Below, one piece after another: positions 1-8,567 of a DNA stretch of 64,000 nucleotides (within the stretch, counting starts at the first letter, position 1; every line of letters starts with the position of its first letter). The notes beneath the pieces were generated by a model. It searched no databases. It saw only the letters and a program-made list of their open reading frames with translations, and was not told the DNA's origin. The position numbers were made by a program, and so were the translations under genes. Where the stretch lies: NCBI GenBank assembly GCA_039592335.1, contig JBDHBX010000015.1, forward strand, positions 26,777 to 90,776. The letters are read 5' to 3'. Source of the stretch: Gemmatimonadota bacterium. GTDB taxonomy: Bacteria; Gemmatimonadota; Gemmatimonadetes; Gemmatimonadales; GWC2-71-9.

Positions 1-633
1 GACGGGTTCCGGCGTATCGGCCAGGTGGGCCGCCACGACCGCTTGCGCGGTGGGTCCGCGGAACGGCGGCTGGCCCGCGAGCAACTCGTACGCCACGACA
101 CCCACGGCGTAGATGTCAGCCCGGTGATCCACGTTGGGGTCGGCCGTCGCTTGCTCGGGCGCCATGTATGACGGCGTGCCGATCGCCAGGCCCGTGGCCG
201 TCAGCCCCTCGCCGCCGGCCGCGCTCACCGCCTTCGCCACGCCGAAGTCCGCCACCAGCGCATGCCGTCCCGACAGCAACACGTTGTCCGGCTTGATGTC
301 CCGGTGAACCAGTCCGCGCGAGTGCGCGTATGCCAGCGCGTCGACCACCTCGCGCAGAATCCGGATCACCTCGTCGACGGGGAGCGCGCCCTCTCGCGCG
401 ACGCGCGTGCTGAGCGATTCGCCCTCGACGAACGGCATAACGTAGTAGAGCAGACCGTCGGCATCGCCCGAGTCATACACGGGAAGGACGTGGGGATGTT
501 GCAGGGCTGCGGCGATCTCGATCTCCCGCAGGAAGCGGTCGCTCCCCAGGGCGGCCGCGAGCTCCGGGTGCAGCACCTTGATCGCCACCTGCCGGCGGTG
601 TTTGAGATCCTGCGCCAGGAACACCGTGGCCAT
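1..633 (-). CDS. Hanks-type Ser/Thr protein kinase, 5' part only (runs off the left edge); abnormally short N-terminus
   Basis: My translation of the reverse strand from ATG 633-631 gives MATVFLAQDLKHRRQVAIKVL...HRDIKPDNVLL...VADFGVAK...GTPSYMAPEQ. It is absent from the ORF track because no stop lies inside the window. An in-frame TAG at 645-643 sits where the first glycine of the G-loop is expected. Confidence 0.8.
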   Translation of the reverse strand, partial: MATVFLAQDLKHRRQVAIKVLHPELAAALGSDRFLREIEIAAALQHPHVLPVYDSGDADGLLYYVMPFVEGESLSTRVAREGALPVDEVIRILREVVDALAYAHSRGLVHRDIKPDNVLLSGRHALVADFGVAKAVSAAGGEGLTATGLAIGTPSYMAPEQATADPNVDHRADIYAVGVVAYELLAGQPPFRGPTAQAVVAAHLADTPEPV

Positions 634-650
634 GCCACCACTCTACGGGG

Positions 651-2210
651 CTACGAGTCTGCCTGAGGCGCCTCTCTACGTGGAGGATGCTGCAGGGCGT
701 CGAGCGCGGTCTCACGCACGTCCCGGTCGCGGTCGCGCACCAGAGCCTGGAGCATGTCCCGCGCGACCTTCCCGCCCGCCAGCGCCAGGCCCTCGGCCGC
801 CGCCCGGCGCGGGGCGGTGGAGCGTCGCACCGCGAATAACCCACCGGGCTGCACCGCCCGCGCCAGCACCTGGATGGCGGCCGGCGTGCCAATGCGGCCC
901 AGCGCCCGGTAGTACTCGCACAGCACGTCGAGGTCCTGCTCGTTCTCCGCGACCGAAACGAGCGGCATGACCAACGCACCCAAGCGATAGCCGCGCAACG
1001 CTCGGGCAACGGCGGTGCGCACCTCGGGATCCGGATCCCTCAGCACCGTGCGCAGATGAGTGATCGCGGCGGGCGACCCGATCTTGGCCAACGCCACCCC
1101 GGCAGCGTGCCTCACCCGGCGGTCCTCATGCTCCGCGGCCCCGGCCAGCGCCGGCACCGCCTCTGCCACCCCCAACTCCCCCACGAGGTCGGCCGCGTTT
1201 CGGACCACATACCATTCCGGGTGGCTGAGCATGGCTGCCACGACGTCGCCCCCGGACTCAATCTGGCGCAGTGCGTGGAGATACGCCCGCCGCTCCGCGA
1301 AGGTCGGCGCTTCCACCAGCAGGTCGATGAGCACCTGGGTGGCCCGACTGCCCACGCGCCGGACGATCCGCACGACATCCTCCGCAAAGATCTCATCGAA
1401 CAGATACCGCGCGACCTGCTTCACTAATCCCTGGTCGAGCACGCGCTGGAGCGTGATCCCGAACGCGCGCCGCGCGTCCTCGGTGATCGCGGCCTCCTCG
1501 GCATCCAGCAACGCCACCACCGCCTCGATGACTTGCTCGATCTCTTTCTGTTCCACCGCCCTCTTAATGCCCGCCTCGATCGGAGCCAGCGCGTCGACCA
1601 TTCCCGCACCACCCGGCCCGTCTCGCAGCTGGACGACGGCATTGGACACCGAGGTCGCCCGCAGCGGCATGGTGCGCAACATCTCGCTGAAGGTCGCCTC
1701 GCCCGACGTCGTCACGACTCCGGCTACGCCTACGGCGTCGTCCTGGGGAAGCACACCACTGACCTGCAGGGCTTCGGTGATGCGCACTTCGCGGCGCTCC
1801 CGCGCCGCCTCCCCCAGGTCAGTGGGAACGATGGTCACGCCGGAGATCTTGGCGTCACGCATCTGTTGCCCAAGCTCCGCCCCCAGTCGTGACGTGGCAG
1901 GGTCGGGCGCCAGCGCTCGCAGGAACAGCATCAGATCCAGCGCCGGGGCCCTGTGCCCGATGTGAAGCTCGGCGACTCCATGGACCTGCATCTGCTGGAC
2001 GAACAGCGCGATGAACGGCGTCTCGGTGGGAACCCAGAAGCCCTCGACGGTAACCCCCTCCGGCTCGAGACGGACGGTCGTGCTGCCCTTGCTGGCGAGC
2101 TCGGCGAGGCTCCGCAACGTCGCCTTGGTTTCCCGAACCGCGTCGGGATGGCGGCGCAGCAGGTTGAGCATACCGCCCAACAGCACGGCGCACCTGACTT
2201 CGTCACGCAC
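651..2210 (-). CDS. HEAT-repeat (PBS-lyase-like) protein
   Basis: 519-aa ORF. The C-terminal half carries HEAT-like units such as DRRVRHAAGVALAKIGSPAAITHLRTVLRDPDPEVRTAVARAL and DRDVRETALDAL. The N-terminal half is unassigned. Its stop lies 17 nt upstream of the kinase ATG. Confidence 0.75.
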   Translation of the reverse strand: MRDEVRCAVLLGGMLNLLRRHPDAVRETKATLRSLAELASKGSTTVRLEPEGVTVEGFWVPTETPFIALFVQQMQVHGVAELHIGHRAPALDLMLFLRALAPDPATSRLGAELGQQMRDAKISGVTIVPTDLGEAARERREVRITEALQVSGVLPQDDAVGVAGVVTTSGEATFSEMLRTMPLRATSVSNAVVQLRDGPGGAGMVDALAPIEAGIKRAVEQKEIEQVIEAVVALLDAEEAAITEDARRAFGITLQRVLDQGLVKQVARYLFDEIFAEDVVRIVRRVGSRATQVLIDLLVEAPTFAERRAYLHALRQIESGGDVVAAMLSHPEWYVVRNAADLVGELGVAEAVPALAGAAEHEDRRVRHAAGVALAKIGSPAAITHLRTVLRDPDPEVRTAVARALRGYRLGALVMPLVSVAENEQDLDVLCEYYRALGRIGTPAAIQVLARAVQPGGLFAVRRSTAPRRAAAEGLALAGGKVARDMLQALVRDRDRDVRETALDALQHPPRREAPQADS

Positions 2211-2433
2211 GGCTGGCAGCGGCAGACGGGGAAATCCCCGACGGTAACGTTGGGCGCATGGAACGCTACCCCCGGATGGGTACGGGTTGGTTGTCAGTCC
2301 GGCAGAGGCCGGATACCGCTAAGATACCCCTGGTCCCGGTCGCGGCAACGCGGGGGTGCCCCGTGGCGCCGGCCGGCTGGCGCAAACGCGTGCGCACCAT
2401 AGGTTTTGGAACCCTTCACCGACGACGAGCGCC

Positions 2434-2685
2434 ATGCGATCCACCCTCCGATTCGCGCTCCCCATCGCAGCGCCGCCACTCCTCGCCGCCCTCGTGCTGG
2501 CCTACTTCAGCAACCTCTCCAGTAGCATGACGCAGTATGGAACGGGTCCGGCTCCCGTCTTCTTCGGCGCCGGCTACGTCGAGGTCACCGACTGGTGGCG
2601 GCTCGCGTTGGTGGTGAGCGTCGTGAACGCCGTGGTGTGGCTGGGGATCGGCGGGATATGGTGGAAGGTGTTGGGGATGTGGTGA
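2434..2685 (+). pseudogene. C-terminal relic of a DASS/SLC13-type anion:sodium symporter
   Basis: Encodes ...LSSSMTQYGTGPAPVFFGAGYVEVTDWWRLALVVSVVNAVVWLGIGGIWWKVLGMW, the conserved extreme C-terminus of DASS carriers (2-oxoglutarate/malate translocator-like). Only about 225 nt separate it from the divergent gene at 2210, so roughly 400 codons are missing. Confidence 0.65.
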
Positions 2686-2773
2686 CCGCGGGCGGCGCGG
2701 TGAGCCACCTGGCGATTCTCCCGATGCGGGTGCAGATTGGCCGATCCTATGCTCTGGAGGAAGAGGGGGTGCG

Positions 2774-4234
2774 ATGAGGCCGGGTCTGGAGTTCTTGGGA
2801 ACGGAGCTGGTAGAGCGCATCGTCGCGGAGGCGCGGGACCTACTGCGCACCCTGGGTATCGAGATCAACAACCCGGGGCTCCTCTCCGTCCTCGCCGACC
2901 ACGGCGCCGAGGTCGATGCTTCGACGAAACGCGCCCGGCTCACCGACGGTATCATCGACAAGGCACTCGAGACCGCGCCGAGCGGCTTCCGGCTGTATGA
3001 CGTGCCCGGTACCGAGGCCCTCGACCTCTCCGGCAGGAACGTGCACTTCACACCGGGCTCGGCAGCCATCCGCATCCTGGATCACGACGAGCACCATGCA
3101 CGGACGCCGAACACGGCCGATTACATCCGGTACGCCAAGGTCGGCTCGCAGTTGGAGCATATCGCCTCCCAGAGCACAGCGCTCATTCCCGGCGATGTCC
3201 ATCCCAACATCTCCGATAGCTACCGGCTCTTCCTGAGCCTCCTGTTCTGCGACAAACCGGTGGTCACCGGGGCGTTCACCATCGACGCCTTCAACGTGAT
3301 GCGCGACCTGCAGCTCGCCGTGCGCGGGAGCGAGGAGGCACTGGCCGCCAGGCCGCTGGTGATCTTCTCCTGCTGTCCAACCGCACCGCTGCGGTGGAGC
3401 GACGTGACGTCGCAGAACGTGGTGGACTGCGCCCGGTATTCGATTCCGGTGGAGTACGTCTCCATGCCGCTGACCGGGTTCGTGTCGCCGGTTACCCTGG
3501 TCGGCACGCTGGTGCAGCACACGGCGGAAACACTGAGCGGCGTCGTCATCAGCCAGCTCACCAACCCGGGCACGCCTGCCCTGTACGGCGGCTCACCGGC
3601 TGCGTTCGACGTGCGCTACGAAACGACCCCGATGGGCGCGCCTGAAACGATGATGATCGATTGCGCCTACAACGAAATCGGCACCTATCTCGGGCTGCCG
3701 ACGCAGGCGTACATGGCGCTGAGCGACGCCAAGCTGCTCGACACGCAGAGCGGCATCGAGACGTCGATGGGTGCGACCCTCGCAGCACTCAGCGGGATCA
3801 ACAACGTGTCGGGTCCGGGGATGCTCGATTTCGAGAGCTGTCACAGCCTCGAGAAACTCGTGGTGGACAACGAGATCTGCGGCATGGCACTTAGGCTCGT
3901 GCAGGGCATCGAGCCCAAGGAGGACTTCCCCGCGCTGCCACGATTCGAGGAGCTGCTGAAGGAGAACCACCTCCTCATTTCGAAGCACACGCGCCGCTAC
4001 CTGCGCGAGGAGCACCACTTCCCCGGTCCGGTGATCGACCGGGCGAACCGCGCACGCTGGCAGGACGAGGGCGGCACGACGCTCGGCGCCCGCGCGCACA
4101 GCGAGGTCGAGAGGCTGCTCACCGAATACGAAGCCTCCTCTCTCGACCAACATGTCAGGGCACAGATCACCGAACTCATGGCCGCCGAGGCCCGACGCCA
4201 CGGCATGGACACCCTGCCGCACGAGGGCGCATGA
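2774..4234 (+). CDS. MttB-superfamily (trimethylamine methyltransferase-like) methyltransferase, non-pyrrolysine type
   Basis: Uninterrupted 486-aa ORF. Its size, its N-terminus (LGTELVERIVAEARDLLRTLGIEINNPG...) and its position next to a corrinoid protein fit the MttB family. There is no in-frame TAG. Confidence 0.75.
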   Translation: MRPGLEFLGTELVERIVAEARDLLRTLGIEINNPGLLSVLADHGAEVDASTKRARLTDGIIDKALETAPSGFRLYDVPGTEALDLSGRNVHFTPGSAAIRILDHDEHHARTPNTADYIRYAKVGSQLEHIASQSTALIPGDVHPNISDSYRLFLSLLFCDKPVVTGAFTIDAFNVMRDLQLAVRGSEEALAARPLVIFSCCPTAPLRWSDVTSQNVVDCARYSIPVEYVSMPLTGFVSPVTLVGTLVQHTAETLSGVVISQLTNPGTPALYGGSPAAFDVRYETTPMGAPETMMIDCAYNEIGTYLGLPTQAYMALSDAKLLDTQSGIETSMGATLAALSGINNVSGPGMLDFESCHSLEKLVVDNEICGMALRLVQGIEPKEDFPALPRFEELLKENHLLISKHTRRYLREEHHFPGPVIDRANRARWQDEGGTTLGARAHSEVERLLTEYEASSLDQHVRAQITELMAAEARRHGMDTLPHEGA

Positions 4235-4944
4235 CCGGCGTCGTGAGCTTCAGCGCGTCGGACGTGCACCCAGACCGGGAGATCGCCCTGGAGTACCAGG
4301 GTATTCCGCCAGGTCGGGCCGTGCCTCCGCACATCGAGCAACTCTACGACGCCGCGCTCGGACTGCTACTCAAGGCCGTCGAGCCGGTGGCCGTGGTCTC
4401 CGAGATCTCCAAGGACGACTTCGCCGTGGTGTTCGAAGGCGAGGGGAACAATGCACCGAGCACGCCGGTGGGCGACGTCTTTCCGCTCGCCAGCAACCTC
4501 TTCCTGTTCGCCGTGACGCTGGGCGAGCAGGTGAGCGACGTCGTCCGCCGCTGCTTCGAGACGAACGAGTTCGCAGCCGGGAGCATGGTGGATGCGGCCG
4601 CTTCAGTGGCGGCCGACACGGCGGCCGACGTGATCGAACGGCGCATCGCCGAAGAGCTGCGTGCCGACGGAGGAGCCACGGCGTACACGGGCGTCCTGCG
4701 CTACAGCCCGGGATACTGCGGCTGGCACGTCAGCGGGCAGCAGAAGCTGTTCGACTACCTGGGGCCCGGGAAGATCGGCGTCACCCTGGGAGCGAGCTAC
4801 CTGATGCAGCCGCTCAAGTCCGTGTCGGGTGTCGTGATCGCCGCGCCCAAGAAGGTCCACAGTTTTGCGCCCTCATATGACTTCTGCCGGCAGTGTGAGA
4901 CGCGCAGCTGCCGCGAGCGAATTCGCGCGCTGCTCGCCGGGTGA
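4231..4944 (+). CDS. MetH-type reactivation (AdoMet-binding activation) domain protein
   Basis: 237 aa. The stretch ...VLRYSPGYCGWHVSGQQKLFDYLGPGKIGVTLGASYLMQPLKSVSGVVI matches stand-alone 'vitamin B12-dependent methionine synthase activation domain' proteins. It has a C-terminal CRQCETRSC motif and an ATGA overlap with mttB-like gene. Confidence 0.6.
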   Translation: MTGVVSFSASDVHPDREIALEYQGIPPGRAVPPHIEQLYDAALGLLLKAVEPVAVVSEISKDDFAVVFEGEGNNAPSTPVGDVFPLASNLFLFAVTLGEQVSDVVRRCFETNEFAAGSMVDAAASVAADTAADVIERRIAEELRADGGATAYTGVLRYSPGYCGWHVSGQQKLFDYLGPGKIGVTLGASYLMQPLKSVSGVVIAAPKKVHSFAPSYDFCRQCETRSCRERIRALLAG

Positions 4945-4970
4945 GCGGTACGACGATGGGGAGGATGTGA

Positions 4971-5609
4971 ATGAACACGCTGGCCAAGATCGCCAACGGC
5001 GTCATCACCGGTGACGACGAGTTGGTCGGGAAGCTCACGAAACAGCTCATCGGCGAGAAGGCGGCGCCGGCGTCAATCCTGGACGACGGGCTGATCGCCG
5101 GCATGAACGTGGTCGGCGAGCGGTTCAAGAACCACGACATCTTCCTACCCGACGTGCTGCTGGCGGCCAAGGCGATGTACGCCGGCATGGACCAGCTCAA
5201 GCCGCTGCTCTTCGCAGAGGGAGTTCCCTCGATGGGCAAGGTCGTAATCGGTTCGGTGCGTGGGGACCTGCACGACATCGGCAAGAACCTGGTCGGCATC
5301 ATGCTGCAGGGCGCCGGGTTCGACGTGATCGACCTGGGGCGGGACGTCGCACCCGAGCAGATGATCGAGGCGGTGCAGCAGCACGACGCCACGGTGATCG
5401 GCATGTCGGCGTTGCTCACCACCACCATGCCGGTGATGGGGGAAGTCGTGGAGCGGATTCAGAAGGAAGGCCTCACGGGCACAGTGAAGACCATCGTGGG
5501 CGGCGCACCGCTAGACGCAGAGTTCGCGACGGAGATCGGAGCCGATGCGTACGGCTACGACGCCGCCAATGCGGTGGACCGCGTGAAGCAGCTGCTGGGT
5601 AAGGCCTGA
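4971..5609 (+). CDS. Corrinoid (cobalamin-binding) protein, cap plus Rossmann domain
   Basis: 212 aa with DLHDIGKNLV (DxHxxG), MSALLTTT (SxL) and IVGGAP, the classic lower-ligand His-on B12-binding motifs. Confidence 0.85.
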   Translation: MNTLAKIANGVITGDDELVGKLTKQLIGEKAAPASILDDGLIAGMNVVGERFKNHDIFLPDVLLAAKAMYAGMDQLKPLLFAEGVPSMGKVVIGSVRGDLHDIGKNLVGIMLQGAGFDVIDLGRDVAPEQMIEAVQQHDATVIGMSALLTTTMPVMGEVVERIQKEGLTGTVKTIVGGAPLDAEFATEIGADAYGYDAANAVDRVKQLLGKA

Positions 5610-5610
5610 C

Positions 5611-6498
5611 ATGCAGCCGTTCGCCGAGCGGCTCGTTTCGGGAAGGCCTCTCGTGTGCGACGGCGCCACCGGCACCATGCTGATCGAGCGCGGTCTCGAG
5701 CCGGGCCGCCCCCCCGAATCGATGACGCTCTCCCACTCGGACGTGCTCGAGGAGATCGCCCGGCTCTACGCCGAGGCGGGCGCGGATATTGTGGTGGCGA
5801 ACACGTTCGGCGGCTCGCCCCTGCGGCTCGCGCAGTACGAGTTGGACGGCAAGACCCGGGAGATCAACCGGGTGGCGCTCGAGGCAGTGCGGCGCGCCGG
5901 CGCGGACCGCGTGTACGTCGCGGCGTCGTGCGGGCCGAGCGGTGCCTTGCTCGAGCCCTATGGCGACACCGACTCCGGCACCGTCGCTGCCGGCTTCCGC
6001 GAGCAACTCGAGCATCTGTTCGCGGTCGGGCTGGACTGTCTGATCGTCGAGACCATGGTCGATCTCGCGGAGGCGAAGCTGGCGATACAGGCCGCCAAGG
6101 AGATCTCTCCGCACACGCCGGTACTGGCGACCATGACCTTCGACGCCACCCCCAGAGGGTTTTTCACCGTTATGGGTGTGAGCGTCGAGACGGCAGCGTC
6201 CGGGCTGCAGGAGGCCGGGGCCGACGCGGTGGGCTCCAACTGCGGCAACGGTAGCGAGAGCATGGTCGAGATCGCCCGCGCGTTCCGGGCGTGTACCGAC
6301 CTTCCCCTCATAGTCCAGCCCAACGCCGGCCTGCCCGAGGTCCGAGGCGGCATGACCGTCTACGGCGAGACCCCCGAGTTCATGGCCGCCAAGGCCGAGG
6401 AGCTACTCGATATCGGCGTTTCGGTCATCGGCGGCTGCTGCGGCACCACGCCGGAGCACATCAAGGCCGTGCGCGCGACGGTCGACGCCTCCGGCTGA
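5611..6498 (+). CDS. Homocysteine S-methyltransferase domain protein (MetH Hcy-module-like)
   Basis: 295 aa with DGATGTML, NTFGGSP, and GSNCG plus GGCCGTTPEHI (the zinc-ligand cysteine triad of Hcy-binding barrels). It starts 1 nt after the corrinoid gene stop. Confidence 0.8.
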   Translation: MQPFAERLVSGRPLVCDGATGTMLIERGLEPGRPPESMTLSHSDVLEEIARLYAEAGADIVVANTFGGSPLRLAQYELDGKTREINRVALEAVRRAGADRVYVAASCGPSGALLEPYGDTDSGTVAAGFREQLEHLFAVGLDCLIVETMVDLAEAKLAIQAAKEISPHTPVLATMTFDATPRGFFTVMGVSVETAASGLQEAGADAVGSNCGNGSESMVEIARAFRACTDLPLIVQPNAGLPEVRGGMTVYGETPEFMAAKAEELLDIGVSVIGGCCGTTPEHIKAVRATVDASG

Positions 6499-6651
6499 GC
6501 ACCCCGACCCGCGGCCCTTGCGGGATCGGGTCCCGCCGGTAGGATAGTTGCCCTTACCCCCTCCCAAGGAGTCACCCATCGCCGACTCACTTTCACCGCG
6601 CTTGTCCTCGCCCTGCTGACGCCCGTCGCGGCGCAGGCACAGGAGGAGCCA

Positions 6652-7005
6652 ATGGAGCCCGGCACGCTGGTCGTGTCCTACTGGAAGTGCGAGTGGGACG
6701 GGATCGCGACGCTCGTCCAGCGTTACGACTCGCTGTCCAATCCCATCAACCAGGAGCTGGTCAACGAGGGCATGCTGAACGCCGCCGGGATGGCCACGCA
6801 CGACTGGGCCGACGAGTGGAACGTGATCTACTGGTGGGTCGCCACCGACAAGGCGGCGTTCTTCGAGGCCCGCGCGGAGGCAAACCGCCGCTTCAACGAG
6901 CGGAATCCCGACCCCCCATCCGATCCCCCCTTCCTGGAGATCTGCGAGGAGCACAAGGACGGGATCTACAACTACGGGCCGCACACGACGCCGCCAGAGA
7001 TGTAG
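6652..7005 (+). CDS. Hypothetical, probably secreted protein; start codon unresolved
   Basis: 117 aa from the first ATG. The frame stays open for 51 more codons upstream and encodes a Sec-like signal peptide (HRRLTFTALVLALLTPVAAQAQEE). That stretch has no ATG, GTG or TTG. Confidence 0.5.
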   Translation: MEPGTLVVSYWKCEWDGIATLVQRYDSLSNPINQELVNEGMLNAAGMATHDWADEWNVIYWWVATDKAAFFEARAEANRRFNERNPDPPSDPPFLEICEEHKDGIYNYGPHTTPPEM

Positions 7006-7149
7006 CTGGCGCTCCGCGTCGCGCAGCGAGCGCTCGGCTCCGCGCCGGGCGCTCGCAGCTCCTGCGGGGCGTCGGCGACCCCGAAGAATACCCGAACAAG
7101 CGGTGCCTCCAGCGCGGTTCCGGCCGACTACCGCAGTAGGCTGTAAGGC

Positions 7150-7310
7150 TTTAGTTTTGTTGGTCTACATGGCAGAAAGACCCGTGCCGGAGGGAGACAT
7201 CCCACCGGCAGCCCGAACGCGGGGGCATTGCCGCGGAAGATGATGCGCGATCGGCTGGCTCGGCATAGCCGGACTCCGACGAACATCAGCGCACACTCAA
7301 GGAGTACGGC
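7150..7310 (+). promoter_or_regulatory. Long 5' leader of cspA paralog 1, conserved with the leader of paralog 2
   Basis: Blocks GGCAGCCC, AACGCGGGGGCA, TGATGCGCGATCGG, CCGGACTCCGACGA, CATCA and CAAGGAGTACGGCATG recur in the same order upstream of the second csp gene (30033-30180, minus strand). Confidence 0.5.
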
Positions 7311-7523
7311 ATGCGTACGACCGGAACCGTGAAGTGGTTCAACGATGCCAAGGGTTTTGGCTTCCTCACGCGTGACGACGGTGAGAAGGACTGCTTTGTC
7401 CACCACTCGGCCATTCAGGCCGAGGGCTTCAAGTCGCTGAAGGAAGGCGAGCGCGTGGAGTTCGAGGTAGTGCAGGGCGAGAAGGGCCCCGCGGCCCAGA
7501 ACGTAACCAAGCTCGAGGCGTAA
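7311..7523 (+). CDS. csp: Cold-shock protein, CspA family
   Basis: 70 aa: [36 protein letters not shown]... with RNP1 (KGFGF) and RNP2 (VHHS/FVH) motifs. Confidence 0.95.
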   Translation: MRTTGTVKWFNDAKGFGFLTRDDGEKDCFVHHSAIQAEGFKSLKEGERVEFEVVQGEKGPAAQNVTKLEA

Positions 7524-7617
7524 GCCGAGCCGATCGCAGCGAATACGGGGTCGCCCCGGCCGAATCGAGGCGTCCCCGATTCCTGTTCCGTAGTCAACCG
7601 ATAGGAATGGCGGGATC

Positions 7618-7812
7618 GTGACCGAGATCATTCTGGACGAAAACGACAGTGTGGATTGGGCGCTCAAGGCGTTCCGGCGGAAAGTGCAGCGGTCCGGCAT
7701 CCTGCAGGAGCTGCGGAGCAAGCGCTACTACGTGAAGCCCAGCACGGCCAAGCGGCTCAAGCAGGCGGCCGCACAGCGTCGCCGGCTGCGCGCCAAGCGC
7801 AGACGCCGCTAG
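7618..7812 (+). CDS. rpsU: 30S ribosomal protein bS21
   Basis: GTG start, 64 aa, strongly basic. The stretch ALKAFRRKVQRSGILQELRSKRYYVKPSTAKRLKQAAAQRR fits bS21. Confidence 0.9.
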   Translation: MTEIILDENDSVDWALKAFRRKVQRSGILQELRSKRYYVKPSTAKRLKQAAAQRRRLRAKRRRR

Positions 7813-7820
7813 CAGGCAAG

Positions 7821-7847
7821 ACGCCCGGTCAAGCGCCGGGTGTTTTC
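7821..7847 (+). terminator. Rho-independent terminator after rpsU
   Basis: ACGCCCGG (7821-7828) pairs with CCGGGTGT (7836-7843), including one G-U pair. The loop is TCAAGCG and the stem is followed by TTTC. Confidence 0.55.
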
Positions 7848-7892
7848 AGTTCCGGCCCCACGCCACCCACCGCACGGCTCGACCTCAGGCCA

Positions 7893-8549
<657 letters not shown>

Positions 8550-8567
8550 GCGAGTAAGTTACGTGCC

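Noticed and set aside
2774-4234. Possible pyrrolysine (in-frame UAG) in the MttB-family gene. I also considered a link to the amber codon in front of the kinase at 643-645.
   Set aside because: The MttB ORF is uninterrupted over 486 codons, and no pyl genes are present in the window. The kinase TAG is better explained as a lesion.
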